Of a stretch of DNA of 64,000 nucleotides, positions 23,352 to 37,608 are shown one piece after another (positions within the stretch are counted from its first letter, which is position 1; each line of letters begins with the position of its first letter). Made by a program: the position numbers and the translations under genes. Source of the DNA: Bugula neritina. Its lineage: Eukaryota; Animalia; Bryozoa. The stretch lies in assembly GCA_964035545.1 (NCBI GenBank), contig OZ037770.1:2356001-2420000 (forward strand), written 5' to 3'. The notes under the pieces are model-generated. The model saw only the letters and a program-made list of their open reading frames with translations, was not told where the DNA came from and ran no database searches.

Positions 23352-26300
23352 ATGTTTATAAGCTTTAAAACTGTTTTATTTTTCCCTTCACTTTACACAC
23401 TTTTACCAGCTTTTCGTAATACTCCGAAACTTGACAGAAGTATCTCAGATAATATAGAACAATTGTATGTCACCAATAAAATGGTCCTCCTAAAAACTTG
23501 ATATAAAGTGAAAATCATTATAGGGTTTTTTTATAACCCATCATTGTGCACTAAATATGGAAAATAATGACAATAGTGCTCTTTTGATGCTTGCAAATCA
23601 ATCTACAACCTTGTACTAAACCCTTTTCTTCATAATGGTTTATATTTATACTGATCGCCATAACCCAAGAAATACTTGTTCCTTTGAAGGTAAATCCTAT
23701 TGGATTTAAACGCACGTGTAGGTCTTACAAAATTAATTACATTTCACGAATGATTGAAGCTGCTAAACATACTGTGGTTACAGCTGAGCTTGAGTTCTCA
23801 ATTGTCACGCTATAATACGGGCACCTGTCAGCCACGCCTTCTGTTTCAACTAGCTCATCATAAACTAACCTAACTCAGTGTCGCACGGTGCCTTTGCAAT
23901 CCAATTCATTGATTCTAAACAATACAAGGCGCAAAATCAAAACAGTAAACACTGAATTCTCTCTGCTCGTTTCAAGCACGTCTGTGACCATGAATTCAAA
24001 GGAATTCAAATTATAACTCATTGCTCCTGTACTTTTGTTATACACTACCACTACGGACTATAGGCATAGAAACTAAATTAAACTCAAAAAGTTGGTAAGT
24101 TGAATTGATAAAGTTATCATTATGATTATTAATTAATTGAAAATAAATTAAACTACCTAATTAATAATTTAAACATAAATAAATTTAATTTTGAACAATC
24201 ATCTCTTAAACTTTCAAACTTTGTTTCATATCTATTAGTATTAGTATTGGTTTATCATTTTAACATTCAGAGATGAAAGAAAGCCCCAAAGTGAAACTAA
24301 ACTTAAGCCAACCTGAAAAACTTTAATCGTTCTCGACGTGTAGGTGCATCACATTTAAGTTTGTAGATATATGCATTTATATGGCAATAATTAATATTTA
24401 ATTTGAAGCAATTACTCAGGCAAGCCAATGAATGGGTTAAAATGATTTACCAGTTTACAAAGAAATGTCGTACAATGTGTTCTGTGCATTGATCTGCCAT
24501 GCAGCTGTCACTGTGAATTTAATGTTTACATTGACCTCTGTGCTTTGATGCTAACATGTGATTATATAAAACCTGATTGTCCCAGATCCAACTACTTTAT
24601 TTTCTTGGAAATGTTTTTACAAACAGTTTTCTTTTGGAAATGGATTTTTATATTAAAAGAGATAAAAACGAAATTACATAAATTCTGGTTGTTTTGAACG
24701 TCTGCCGAAACACTTGTGTATAACTTTTACAGTTCTATCTAAACTGATCATATTGGAGTTTTGTGCTTTGGTTTAGGTTGCTGCAGTGAAAACTATGACA
24801 CTTGAAAACTACTGCTAAAGAGTGTTAGCATAACTGGAATACAGGTAATGTAAAGAAATGCGTAAAATGTGATGAAAAAGCATGCATTTGTTGTTCCGCG
24901 CCTACCATTTGCTTTTGACAATCATTCGTAGCAGTTTTGACTAATGCAAATAATTAAAAGCTGTCTGTATAGCTCAGTTTCCATAAATTTTTATGAATCC
25001 AGCAACCTAATAGAGCATTGTATACCAAGCTTCACTCTTAATACTATTTTCCGGACTGCCTAGTAAGGGTCATGTTTACTCCGCCCCATAGACTAATTAA
25101 CTAACACAAAAGATCATAGCCTATTCAAAAGCCTATTCATCGAAAGAATAGGAGCAAACATTAATCTATTAATGCTTTCAATAAAGCAAATTTAGTATTA
25201 AGAAAGACTTTGAGTAAATTAGTAAGTGCGCATAGGTAATGAGGGAACAAGTGAACGCTACTGAGATAACTGACTGACTGCTCATTGCTGCTGCCGCTGC
25301 GTTGTGTGCTAGTCAAGTTGAGATGACTAAAGACCCCAGGATATAGCAGTACTGTAGAGTGGAGAGCTGATCAATATAGAAACTTATTTCGTCTTGTAGT
25401 TTAGTGAATGTACTCTGTTGGAGCTAATTAACTCAAGTGATTGAAACTTATAGAGCAGAGATCTCTTCATCAGGTATTAATGTTATTCTAATCAAATCTA
25501 ACAGCACATATCATAGAGATAAATAGTGGACCACATTTGTGTTGTGTCTTTGGTTGGAGTCTCACCAGATTTCATGGCAAACTAGGGAAAGATGTAGGCT
25601 AAATGAAGGTATTGTAAAGGACCAAGGAGCTAGATCTGGTATCCGTTAAATTTGATAATGATGATAATGATAACGAAATACAGTCTGTTTAAAAATAATT
25701 TTCTGTGCAATTGAAATTGCTGCTACTAAATACTGCAGGGTTGTTCTGTAATTCTTTCTTGACCATCATTTGCAGGCTTTTGGCTTTTTGGTCTGTTATA
25801 TATTCAGAGCTCTGTGGTCTCTTTACAACATATCTGTATGTCAGCAGTAACTGCTTACTACCTGCTGAAAGGAAATGACATCAGAGTTGATGTTTTCACT
25901 TACACAGTTTTTAGTTACCAGAGAATATTTTTGAGAGTCAGTTCATTATTTTCTGGTTATCAAATATGAGTCCGTCATCCACAATAACTATCAATTTGTC
26001 ATTAAACATCAATGTTTACAGAAGCCATGACATGAAGAAATTTCCCACAATTTTTTAATAAATTATTGCATTCAGAATAACAAGTTCTTTGAATTACATA
26101 ATTGAACACATAACTTCCTATGAAATTTGACTTTTATTATGCATGTTTTTTATTGACAGCATTCGAGAATTACTAGTGAATTACAACACGAATTGCGTTA
26201 AAAATCAATATTATATTCCCTCTTTAAATACTAGCTTCATATTACAGCACGTCATAATAATTCATGTGACAATTGAAGTTGACAGCTTTCAAAATATATG

Positions 26301-29300
26301 ATTAGCAAATATGTTTAGCATCAAAAATATGAAAAGAAAATAACATGGGCATCATTATTTCACCTGCTAAAAGCACGATACTCAAACAGCACATTCTAGC
26401 TGTTACCTTATTGACATACTTATAACGTGGCAGCAAATTACTTCGATTTAACCTTTCTAAATAATTTTATTATAGAGGTTATTGCCAGTGTTGAACAATA
26501 ATTTGCTGAAGCCAAAGACAAACCAAAACTATTTGAGATGATTGTTGTCATAGTTTGAGAAATAATTGTAAGGTGTCTAGGTATATCACTTGTGCATGAC
26601 AAAAGGTGTTACGAGCTCTAACTTAAAATAGTATAAAGTACTTTATTCTTAATTATAGATATTCCCTCTAACTAAAATCATTCTCCTAAAACATCAGTTT
26701 TGTAAGAATCCAACTGTTTTCTCTTCCTTCAATAATCGTATAATAAGTATTTACTTTTAGTTTAATACGAAATGTTATACTTTTAACTTGCAAATTTCAC
26801 ATTTTACCGACTTTTGACATCTGCAAGCTAATGGCACCTCTTGAAGAGTTTTTTTATCCTGTATCTAAAGCTTTATGTTTTTAAATCTCACAATTGTTGA
26901 AAGTTGAAGCTTCTGTGGGAACTGCAGCCCATATTTTGATTGTATAGATTGTAATGGACTGCAGCGTCACCATGCTAAAACAGGTTGAATAGCTATAATA
27001 GCTTTGCTACAAAACAAATTCAAAATTTAATCTAAAAACGAAAGCTGCCTATAAATGGTACAACTGCCGACTGGCCAACTTTACTCCAAAACCAAACACA
27101 AAGTCAATGGGAAAGTGACATTTACTATAATTTGTGTTATCAACAAAGGATTTCTGAATCAATATGATATCAACAACTTTCAGTGACACTGGCACTTTTA
27201 GAAAAGCTATAAACACACCTCTAGGCGTTCATGTGTGTTTTTTCAGCCTTGCCAATTGAGAAACTTCGGCTGTTTATTTAGTGACTTCGAGCAAATAATT
27301 GATTGGTGTTTATACAGTTCCCGATAGTCTCAGTTGCTATAGAAAAAGTGTATACTTATCTAATAGATGGCCAGTAAACTGCTTATCATGCCAATAAACA
27401 TCTATTTTTAAAGAAAATCAATTTAATTACAGATAAGAACTGATTTCAGTGTTTGTATTACTTTCAACTCATCTTTGCTTAAGGAGATAACCGTCTTCAT
27501 TCTAAAGTGTAGATTGAATCTTGACAACAAGGAAAATCTCATCAGTTTTAATAACCCTTTCAGTGATAGGTGTTATTGTTTAGATAATGATAGCAGATGT
27601 GTTATATTTTAGTTTACTACACCCGAACATAATTGAAATTTTGTTCAATGTAGTTCATACACATGACTTAGTAATTTGCATTACAATCTTCAGCTCTTCA
27701 GCGCATATGATATGAAGTGGTTTTTCATTCGATCCATTTTCACCAGTTTCTGTTTATGCATTTATTAAATATGCAAAGTTCTTAGCTATAGTTTGAAATC
27801 CCAACAGCTCATCAATTTGTGTAGCACAAATTGATAACAAAACTAACTTTTCTTATAGCTATTAAATATAAATCCATTAAACTATTATAGCATTGTATTT
27901 GCAGTAGATTCAATGGATGGAAGGTAATGTGTGTTGAAACTACGGAAAAATGGTGATATCGTGCAATCATCTACAATTTAACATGATCTTAATAAACTAC
28001 ACCATAATATTTTACAAGAGACTATGGAATATAATACTATACCTATATAAAAGGTTCATGTAAATAATTGCAATAATTGAATAGCTCTGAATTGAACCTA
28101 TTTCCTGACCCTAATTTTCTTCAGGAACCTGTACCAACATTTTAAGAGAAAATTTTGTTCCTTCAACAAAATAAAACAAAGTCAACAAATGTGAAAATTT
28201 TCATGTCACTATTTTTATAGATCTACCATTTAGTTTGGCCTATCACTGCAGTGTTTACTATTAGCTGTATAAATTTAGCCAATTTCTATTTGGCAGGATA
28301 TTAATGAGAAAGGATGAAATTTGAGCTGTTTCCTCCGGGTGTCTTACCACCGACTGAGTCTCCCAAGGTCATGCAGACGGAAAAGCAACCTGACCAAGTC
28401 TCTAGGTGAATATTTATATCATTTAATAGCATCATGTAATATATAGGATAACATAATACGATATAGCACGATAAATTGTAACTCAAGATAATTTTTAATG
28501 GCTATATAAGCATTGAAATTGAGCTTTCATTTATAGACTAAGAAGCTATAACTTTGATACTCAAGCTGAAAACTTAAAAAAAGCTAATTTAAAAGTTCTC
28601 ACATTATACCAGCTTTTTGTCTATATTACCAGAATGGTGAGAATATAATTAGTGACTTGATAACATTAAGGAATTGTTTTATTGAAATATCTTCTTTCAA
28701 TTAGAAAGTATATAGTATATCGTTATTGGTACTAGAACAATAACACTTGAATATACTAATTCTCTTTAAATCTACCCCTTTGAAAATTCCAATTTATCCA
28801 CTCCTGCGCTCATTCGCCCTCCTATCCACTCATTCTCTGACATCATAACTTGCTTTTAGACTAATTTATATTGTAAAGTGATTGAATGCCCTTCAACTGA
28901 AACTGAGCAATATCACTATCATTATCATTATTTAAATGGATTGTTTTAGCTGACAATTTCAAATCAATAAAACTCACTTGAAACTGAAATGGGTTCATTG
29001 AACTGCATCAGGTTTCATTATTACTCCTGCAGCATTATTTCAGCTTTAGTTTCATCAATACCGAGTATTATGAAAATATATAATCATCCTTGCAAGATAT
29101 TTTAGTTGAACTCTGAAGGCAAACATGTTATAGTACATAACATAACAGCTTGTATAATATTATTTTATTCTCAATTCTATACATATATGCGTCTGCTTTA
29201 AGCAATGCTCTAACAACTTTTAAACTGAAAAAAATGCACCATTACAAAAGTGTTACTAGCAATATTTTACAAAAAAGATTATATAAAATTGATACAAACA

Positions 29301-29627
29301 AAATTGTAATACAATATTACACCTTGCCATGTTATGTTTAGTTATATAAGCTTAGGTTTATTCCTGTTACTTTGTAATGAATAACAAATACTCATTTTAC
29401 TCATTCATTTCATTCAGCTGTTTCACATGGCAATTAACAGTGTATAGAATAACAGTTATGCAACATTTAAAGATGAGTTCAAATTACAAGCATTTTAAAC
29501 TTGAGCTTTTGAAGTTTAAAAACAATATGTTATAAAAGCCACTAGTATAAGAATGAAATATAAGAGTTACATTGTGTAAGTTTCGCGTAGCAACTAAAAA
29601 CAGGTCAAGGTTGGCAAACTACACGGT

Positions 29628-32578
29628 TCAAAGGTCAGGAGTAATGGCTGCCGAGCTAGTTTTAGAAGTTATCTTCACTGTAAGAGGAAAACCCTCAGCA
29701 GATTGTGAGGTCGTGCTCACCACCGGTTTAGGCTGAGGTAGTGACAACGAATTAGTTGGGGTCAAGGTCTTCTTCAACTGCTCCCTCTCTGGTTTCAAAA
29801 TTTTTCGATTTAATATTTTCTGTAAAGGCCTCGAATGTTTCGGTTGAACGTTGACTGGGGGTGAAATGTTCACTTCTGTTACGTTTATGCGTTCAGGGTT
29901 TGTTGAGTTTGTGACGTGAGCATTGGGCCTCACGAGTTTGGTGAATCTAAACTCAACTGAACCGGTCTTAGAAATCTTCAGCTCGGGATTGCAACTTCTC
30001 TCCGTGATTGGCTTGTAGGTTATTCGTTCTGAGGTCAAAGGTCGTTTGACTGGCACTTCACTGTCCACTCGTATCTCTTCTTGTTTTAATGCCTAAAATA
30101 TTTGCAAGTACCAATTACTTATTATATAAACTCTAAAAAATAATGTTTGACATGCGCCGGCAGTTGCCCGCCATTAAATTGAGTTTTGTCTTATACAAAA
30201 GTGTTTCATAGACTTGCTAAGATACAGAATGGAAAGTTTATCCTTTCAGTACATTTGTACTTCAAACAGCAGAAGTTTACTGATCCACATTTAGCCTGTA
30301 CCAAATAGATTCAATATATATTTAGAAGTTTCAGGTAGAAGAAAGGCTTTTTATAGCCTACGACTCACCTGTTTGATGCTTTCATTCAGCTGTATGTAGA
30401 AGTGAGGTAGTACCAAGGGTAGGTGTTTGTCATTTCTCCCTCTCCTTCTATACACATGCAACTTGCTTAACTAAAACAGGTCAGGGAAGGCATTCAACTC
30501 CTTAACAATCAGGCAATTCACCTCCATCTTATAGTAAACAACCATTGTGAACTTTACAACAGTCTACCATGTTGACTCACTCATTCCTATCTCTTATTAA
30601 TATAATTATGTTGTTTTTCACTAAATACAGTTGATTTTCTCTACTTCACATGTTAACTGTTGTAAAACAAGATTTTATCCCCCACATAAACTTGAAGACC
30701 AAAGGTAGATGCACTCAATTAAAGCAGCACAATTATAGTTAAATATTTAGCATTTGATCTTAACATTACTATAGTACTTGATGAGAGCACAGGCTATGCA
30801 ATGACCTCTCTTGAATCACCGTTGTGTAGCATGTTGTATATTCTGGAGATGTATTTGCTTGAACCCCATTTCTTAGCCTCGAATCCAAGCTTTAGGCTGT
30901 CTAGGGTTGAAGTTGGGCTGCAGTTTTCATTTAGCTCAGGTAGTTCTGTGCTCAAGTAGAGTTTACTGGGGGATGTAGTACCGTCTCCATATGTGTTCCT
31001 GTGATACAAAGAAATTCAAGCTACATTAGAATTACAGCATAATTTTGGTTACTATGGTAACGGCGACATTGCTGAAAAGTTTCCATACTGTATTTCTAAC
31101 TCGGCTCAAATCAAAGATGAAATTGATTTCTATTAATTTGCAACTGATTCGTTTCTTATGATGAACTCCCGAACATGCTGTATAAAATCAATCAATTCAT
31201 GTGACAATTTGAGTTCTTTGTCATTCATCAATCAAATCAATAATCGTGTTTATTAGATCATAGACTCATTCACAGTTCAATTGGAATAAACAGTAAATTT
31301 AATCGCGTAACAATGTTGGAATAACACACGTTTTGTGTTCTGTTATGTGCATAACTGTCACGTTTTTTCTTACAAAAGAGTTTTATCTATAGCTTGCTAT
31401 CAGCTTTATTCTATACAGTGTTTTATTAAAAATATAAATGTTGTTTATTCTGTTTGAAATATACTTAGAAATTTGCATGAATTTTATTTAGAATATAGAC
31501 AAGTTTCGCTTAATAACTGTCAATCATTACATTTTGCTTTTAGTATCAAGTATGGTAACCAGTTACTCTTTTATTGCTAAACATTAATATTATGTTCACA
31601 GATATAGGATATTATATCTATTCCTATCATATTTACTTATAAATCATTATCATTCATATATCAATCAATTTGAATTTGTTGCTCTCTATCTAATAAACAC
31701 TATAGTGATCATAGTAATAAATTATCACAGTGTTAGATAATATAATATCATACAATATAATACCATAATAATATTATATATAATGAAAACATACATCCTG
31801 TATGCAACAAAAATTTCAATTTACGAAATGTTCGTAATAGCAAACAGATTATTTTATGCAATGATGTGTTTTAGCCATATCGATTGTATATAGTAGTCGT
31901 ACCTCCAAAGGTTTTACCTGCAGATACTAAATGTATAGTAAATGTTACCTATATGGCCGGTCTGTGGCTTGTATCTTAGGTTCAAGGTCTTCAGTTCTTG
32001 TCCAATGATATGCTTGCTTCTTACCGGCTACTTTGGGGAGCTCCGTGCCTGGGTGACTGCTAGTAATTAGTGATGATCTCTAGAAATATATTATATACTA
32101 GTTAGTGATATATTATATAATACTAGTGATATATTATATAATACTAATGATATATTATATAATACTAGTTATATATTGTATACTACTAGTGATATATTAT
32201 ATAATACTAGTGATATATTATATAATACTAGTGATATATTCTATAGTACTAGTGATATATTATATAATATCACCGTTGAAAAAATATGCCCAAAAATATA
32301 ATATCAATTTTGTTGACTTCCTTACCAACACTACTAATTAGATAAATATTATCATATATAACGGTAGCTATACTATATTGCAATTATTTGCTTTTCTGTG
32401 TTGCCATAGCAACATCTGATATATGAGCACACAACTCCAATGTGGTTGTACAAATGTTATAGTAACTCACCAGAGTAGAACTGTGTCCACTGAAATGTCT
32501 GATTTCAGTCACAGATGCTTCTTTAAGCATTTTGCTCCAGGGCATCCCACTCATAGCCACCATGTCTCGGTAACTCAT
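29628..32578 (-). CDS. Uncharacterized protein (~332 aa, S/T/P/K-rich, probably disordered), 5 coding exons (gene B)
   Basis: Minus-strand exons 32578-32471 (MSYRDMVAMSGMPW...), 32079-31949, 30998-30806, 30470-30369 and 30092-29628 (TGA). All are GT-AG and phase-consistent (0,2,0,0); total 999 nt. There is an in-frame TAA upstream of the ATG and a possible 5' UTR exon near 33846-33920. No recognisable domain. Confidence 0.75.
32085..32272. repeat. 21-bp AT-rich minisatellite (~8-9 copies) abutting the acceptor of gene B exon 2
   Basis: Unit TAGTGATATATTATATAATAC. On the minus (sense) strand each unit ends in ...CACTAG, next to the true TTTCTAG acceptor at 32080. Confidence 0.9.
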
Positions 32579-34180
32579 TCTCACAATAGTTAGGATCCTA
32601 AGCTATAAGCTGACTTTTCCAGTTTCCCACCTGTAGAATATATAATAAGTTGACAGTCTATAGAAATGCAAACAAAGTATTATAACTTTAAACAGTTGCA
32701 AGCAGTGTTTTAGTGAAAACTTTCCCAACGGATTTATTTACTTTAAAATATGCATCTTTTTAAATACTATAAGCTATAATAATAAAAGTTATAATAATAT
32801 AGTAAATAATATTTGGGTAATTTAAGCAACTTTAGTGACATGTTATTATTGTTAACAAACATCCAGTAATTATCCCAAATTAAAAGAAAACTAAATATAT
32901 TTAACTTATCGATTTAAAACTAACTACCAACTTCAGATGGTATTTTGATATAATGATTTGAGTTTGGGTAAAAGCCAACATTTATATTCTGAGGAAGAGT
33001 AAATTTAAACTATAAATATTCAAACTTCCTTAAGCAAAGGGTATAGTAAAGTTAAGAACTGAGGCTTGTGAATTAACAGCTGGAAAAGTAATTACTTTTG
33101 GAATATAATTTTCCTGTATCAATATGACATTTCCTACTGTAAGCTATCAAATCCGCTATTATATAGCTGATTGACAGCTACTACAGGTGCTTGACATCGT
33201 ATGGTTAGAGTTATAGTATTTTAAAAACATGAATAAAGTTTCCAGCCAATTAACTGTGTTTTGACAGTGAAAGTTTCTGCTGTTTCAAATTTTAAGTTGT
33301 TCATAGGCCAACATAATTTGTCATAGCCTTTGGTCGTATAAACTATACCAGCCAATTCAAACTATCACTCTATTCAAATATAATATAAATATAAATAAAT
33401 ATATTTATCAATCAAAGGATATCTAATTAGATTAGCATTAGCGAAACAGCATTAGGCTTAAACTGAGGAATAAATAGCTATAACTATACAATGAAACATA
33501 TAATTGCATTAAATAACTTAACATAATTTCAACTTCAATTACTGATGACTACATTAATAATTGAAAACATAATAATTTGGCAATATAATTGGTAATCACT
33601 TTGATATATCTTCATATAACATTGTATGTACTGCATGTACTGTATGTATGGTAATTAGGTATAAAATAGTAATATACAGTGCACCCTCTATAATATCTCG
33701 TTTTGTGTGTATATAAGGACAAAATGTCCGAATTTAACTGATCCGTGAGTCAAGTCTGAAATTCTATGCTAAGTCACAAATTGAAGTTTCCAACCATAGC
33801 TTAGTGAGACTATATCAGCTAGTATAATAAGAATTTACAATTTACCTGGTTGTTTTATCAGTTCATTTGCTCTGGCAGCACTTCTCGCTGCCGATGGAGC
33901 AACTGCGAGCTACAGAGCTACTGAAAAGTTACTTTTCATTACACTCACTGCTAATCTATCCATACAATTACACTTCAGTTCAACTTTTTATGTTTACAAA
34001 TATTGACATAAAGCTTAGTCTATGTGAAGCTAACGACCTAAGAAAATTGCTTGCAGTTCAATAGTCTATCAGTTGATCATCTAACTGAATGTTCAACTCT
34101 CTATGGTCTTTCATTGTCTTCGAGTAATCAATCGAGTGGAAATGTGGAAATGCGTCAGATTGCACCAAACCAAACACTTT

Positions 34181-34745
34181 AGCACACTCTGTATTCTATA
34201 GCACACTCTCTATTCTATAGCACACTTTGTATTCTATAGCACACTCTGTATTCTATAGCACACTCTGTATTCTATAGCACACTCTGTATTCTATAGCACA
34301 CTCTGTATTCTATGGCACACTCTGTATTCTATAGCACACTCTGTATTCTATAGCACACTCTGTATTCTATGGCACACTCTGTATTCTATAGCACACTCTG
34401 TATTCTATGGCACACTCTGTATTCTATAGCACACTCTGTATTCTATAGCACACTCTGTATTCTATAGCACACTCTGTATTCTATAGCACACTCTGTATTC
34501 TATAGCACACTCTGTATTCTATGGCACACTCTGTATTCTATAGCACACTCTGTATTCTATAGCACACTCTGTATTCTATGGCACACTCTGTATTCTATAG
34601 CACACTCTGTATTCTATGGCACACTCTGTATTCTATAGCACACTCTGTATTCTATGGCACACTCTGTATTCTATAGCACACTCTGTATTCTATAGCACAC
34701 TCTGTATTCTATAGCACACTCTGTATTCTATAGCACACTCTGTAG
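34181..34745. repeat. 19-bp minisatellite x30
   Basis: Unit (A/G)GCACACTCTGTATTCTAT, nearly perfect, with degenerate copies continuing to ~34900. Confidence 0.96.
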
Positions 34746-34973
34746 CATGTAAGCTATATAGTATAGCACACTATATAGCCTAGTAGACTATATATGTAAC
34801 ATAACAACACGGTATATTCTTTAGCATGGCATGTTATATAGTAGCTATAGCACACTTTATAATAACATAGCACATTCTGTGGTGAAACATACACTTTAGC
34901 ATAACATAGTTTTACTGCTATTTTTGTTGAAAACTGCTTTTAGTGTGTTCTAATGTTATTATATGATATAGAG

Positions 34974-35194
34974 CAGGGGTGGGCAACTTGGGGCCCTGGG
35001 GGTCACCTGTGGCCTTTTGCCCATTTTTCAGTGGCCCTTTTAATGCTTAGGACAGGTAAAAAATGATATCTACATTCTGATTGGCATGGTATTATTTTGC
35101 TATAGTAAACTCTAATATGTGTGCAATCATGTAGCCCTCCATTTTGGCTAACTTCTGAACCTGGCATTCATGCAAAAGAAGTTGCCCACTCCTG
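34974..35194. mobile_element. Non-autonomous hAT-type MITE
   Basis: TIRs CAGGGGTGGGCAACTT / AAGTTGCCCACTCCTG. Decayed 8-bp flanks ATATAGAG / TTAGAGAG. Confidence 0.75.
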
Positions 35195-37608
35195 TTAGAG
35201 AGAGTGTAAAAAGGCAAGCATTACTATATTATGTAACGGGAATCTTTTAGCTATTTTATTTGACAGTTTCTGCAGTATGAACTTTGATATTGTCTAGAGA
35301 CATGTCAGCAATCACTTGCCATCACTTGTCATCATCTCTCATTACACACACAAGTGCATACACCACTTCTCTACTTGATATTTTCAGCATATGACATATA
35401 TGTAAGAAATGAGGGTTATCTTCTCTTTTACTCAATTTGAATAAACATTATTAGTATATACACGCTTTTGTAAAGAAAGATTGTAAATGCTGAATAGATG
35501 TGAAACAATCCTATAATGTGGGAATTAATACACAGGGGAGATAATTTACATTACATGAAATAATTTTCAGATATTCAACTGAAAGAAATATATAATAAAA
35601 TCAATTTAAAAGCATATTTTATAACTTATAAAATGGCAATATTTAATAAAATTACTGCATTTAATGATATGTTTCAGTGTAGACTCAAGGTAAAATATAG
35701 TTATTTTATATAAATCAACTGAAAGTTGAAGAATTATATAAATTAATAAATACATTTCTTAGAATAATAAATCTTATTTAGATAGCTGACTCCTAGTTGT
35801 CCTACTATTTCAAGTTGCCTGATTGAAACTATTAAATTCTCATTTCCACACAATATTGACTGTTCAAAGCTTTAAGTAAAGCTTTTTTGTGAAAGCCTTT
35901 TTTGGCTGTTAGCTATTTTTGTTGTGGTGTAAGTTAGTTGATTGTACTCATTTCTCTATTAGTTTTTCTTTTGTTAAAAAATGCACATAACTTACACTTT
36001 ATTGATAAAATTTTTGCTACTTTCCTTTTAATAAGCAATAAATTTAGTTGCCTTCTGCATCTGTGCCCTGAGAATAGACATCCATGCCATACAGCATCTG
36101 TGCAGTCACAGCTAGATTCACAATGTTCACACTGCATGATGTCTATTAGCGTTCATTAACCTCTCCAGACAAACTACTTTCAATTCAGTGTTAAGATTGG
36201 CAAACTTGAATTACATTTCATTGGGACACTTTACCAGAGTTGTAAGCTAATATATAGTGAATAATAGAACCTATATAATACTATAATACACTTAAGCTGC
36301 AATATTCCGTTTATAAGGGTCCCTAATCGTCCACTCCAGGGTGTTATATTGAAGTTAAATAATAATATATTATTGTATTTATGTAATTATGCTTTAATAT
36401 GTTGCCTGAAAAGGTTTAGCACCTAGAAATCTTGCATTTAGGCTTGGGTGTGAATGCAACAATAATTATAGATGTAGCAGTTCAACTTTTATAAAAAAAT
36501 TCATTTGAGAAATGTTTTACTACACAAAGCTAATACCAGCCATACCAGTGATAGCACAGGAGGGGTAAGTCTATGTATTTGTAGGTTTATATTTCAGTCC
36601 ACTGCTTTTTCCGGATCAATTACTAAAAGTCGAATTTCAATTGATTTGAAGTTTTGAAGTGTATAGATGGGTTTATTGCCAAAACTAACTGTTTGTGGAT
36701 AAATAGTTATATAGAAAAACTGTGAAGCATTCTCTAACATGACTTGAAAAAACTCAAACTGTATTTCTCCTAACATGAATTTGCATGGCTTAAAAAATAG
36801 TAGCTCATGCTTAGAAACTATAATATACAATATTATATTTGATGACTTATTAGACATATTTCTTCTTGTTCTTCATAAATTCCGTGTTTCATGCCAAATA
36901 ATTTGTCATCCCCAGTCTTCTGTGTACCAGCTATAGACTAAGGCTTATAAGTGTTATGGGTAAATGGGCAGGCAGTTTTGGACCCCTGCCTGCTAGAAAA
37001 CAAAATCTACCTTCAATCACAGGCTGTACTTTTCTGACACTTGACAACTTGTTGCAAGCACCTTGCAAGGTGTCATGTCATGTAGTTTGATACTGTAGTT
37101 TAAAGTACGTGCTATAAGGGCACTTGATGGCACTAGTCAGACCACCCATGCTAAAGAAAACTTTACTTTGGAGCACTTAGGGCACTTGCCAAATTCATAA
37201 TCACTACTTAACATCATGAACAAGTTTGCTCAAAATAGTTTTTCTTTCACATTCGGGTTGTGTGTCACCTACCCTTTCTTTCAGCAAGATTTGCATAAAG
37301 GATTTATGCTGGTGTTATGGCTACAATACAAATTTAATTTCGCACTCATGTTTCGTTTTTTGTTTTCAAGTTTGTGATAAGAATCTAGAAAGAAAATAAT
37401 AGTTTCTATTATGAATAGCTGGGCGAATCACGTTACAGCGTAAGACGTAATATTTCAATGCATTATATTCAGCTTTCTGGGTGAATATAAACCAAAGGTT
37501 ATTGTTTGACTGTTTATGGACATACTAACTGCCTGTTAACTGACTGTGGCTGTAAGTTACCTCTTACCAAGCTGTAAGTTACGTCTACCAAGCTGTTAGT
37601 TACACACC

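Noticed and set aside
25689-25864. Minus-strand open frame of ~58 codons after a TTTCAG acceptor (GSKQLLLTYRYVVKRPQSSEY...)
   Set aside because: I found no compatible upstream exon or recognisable homology, so I cannot support it as a gene without RNA data.
32105-32341. Hydrophobic 78-aa ORF (IYYIILV repeats)
   Set aside because: It is a translation of an AT-rich 21-bp intronic repeat.
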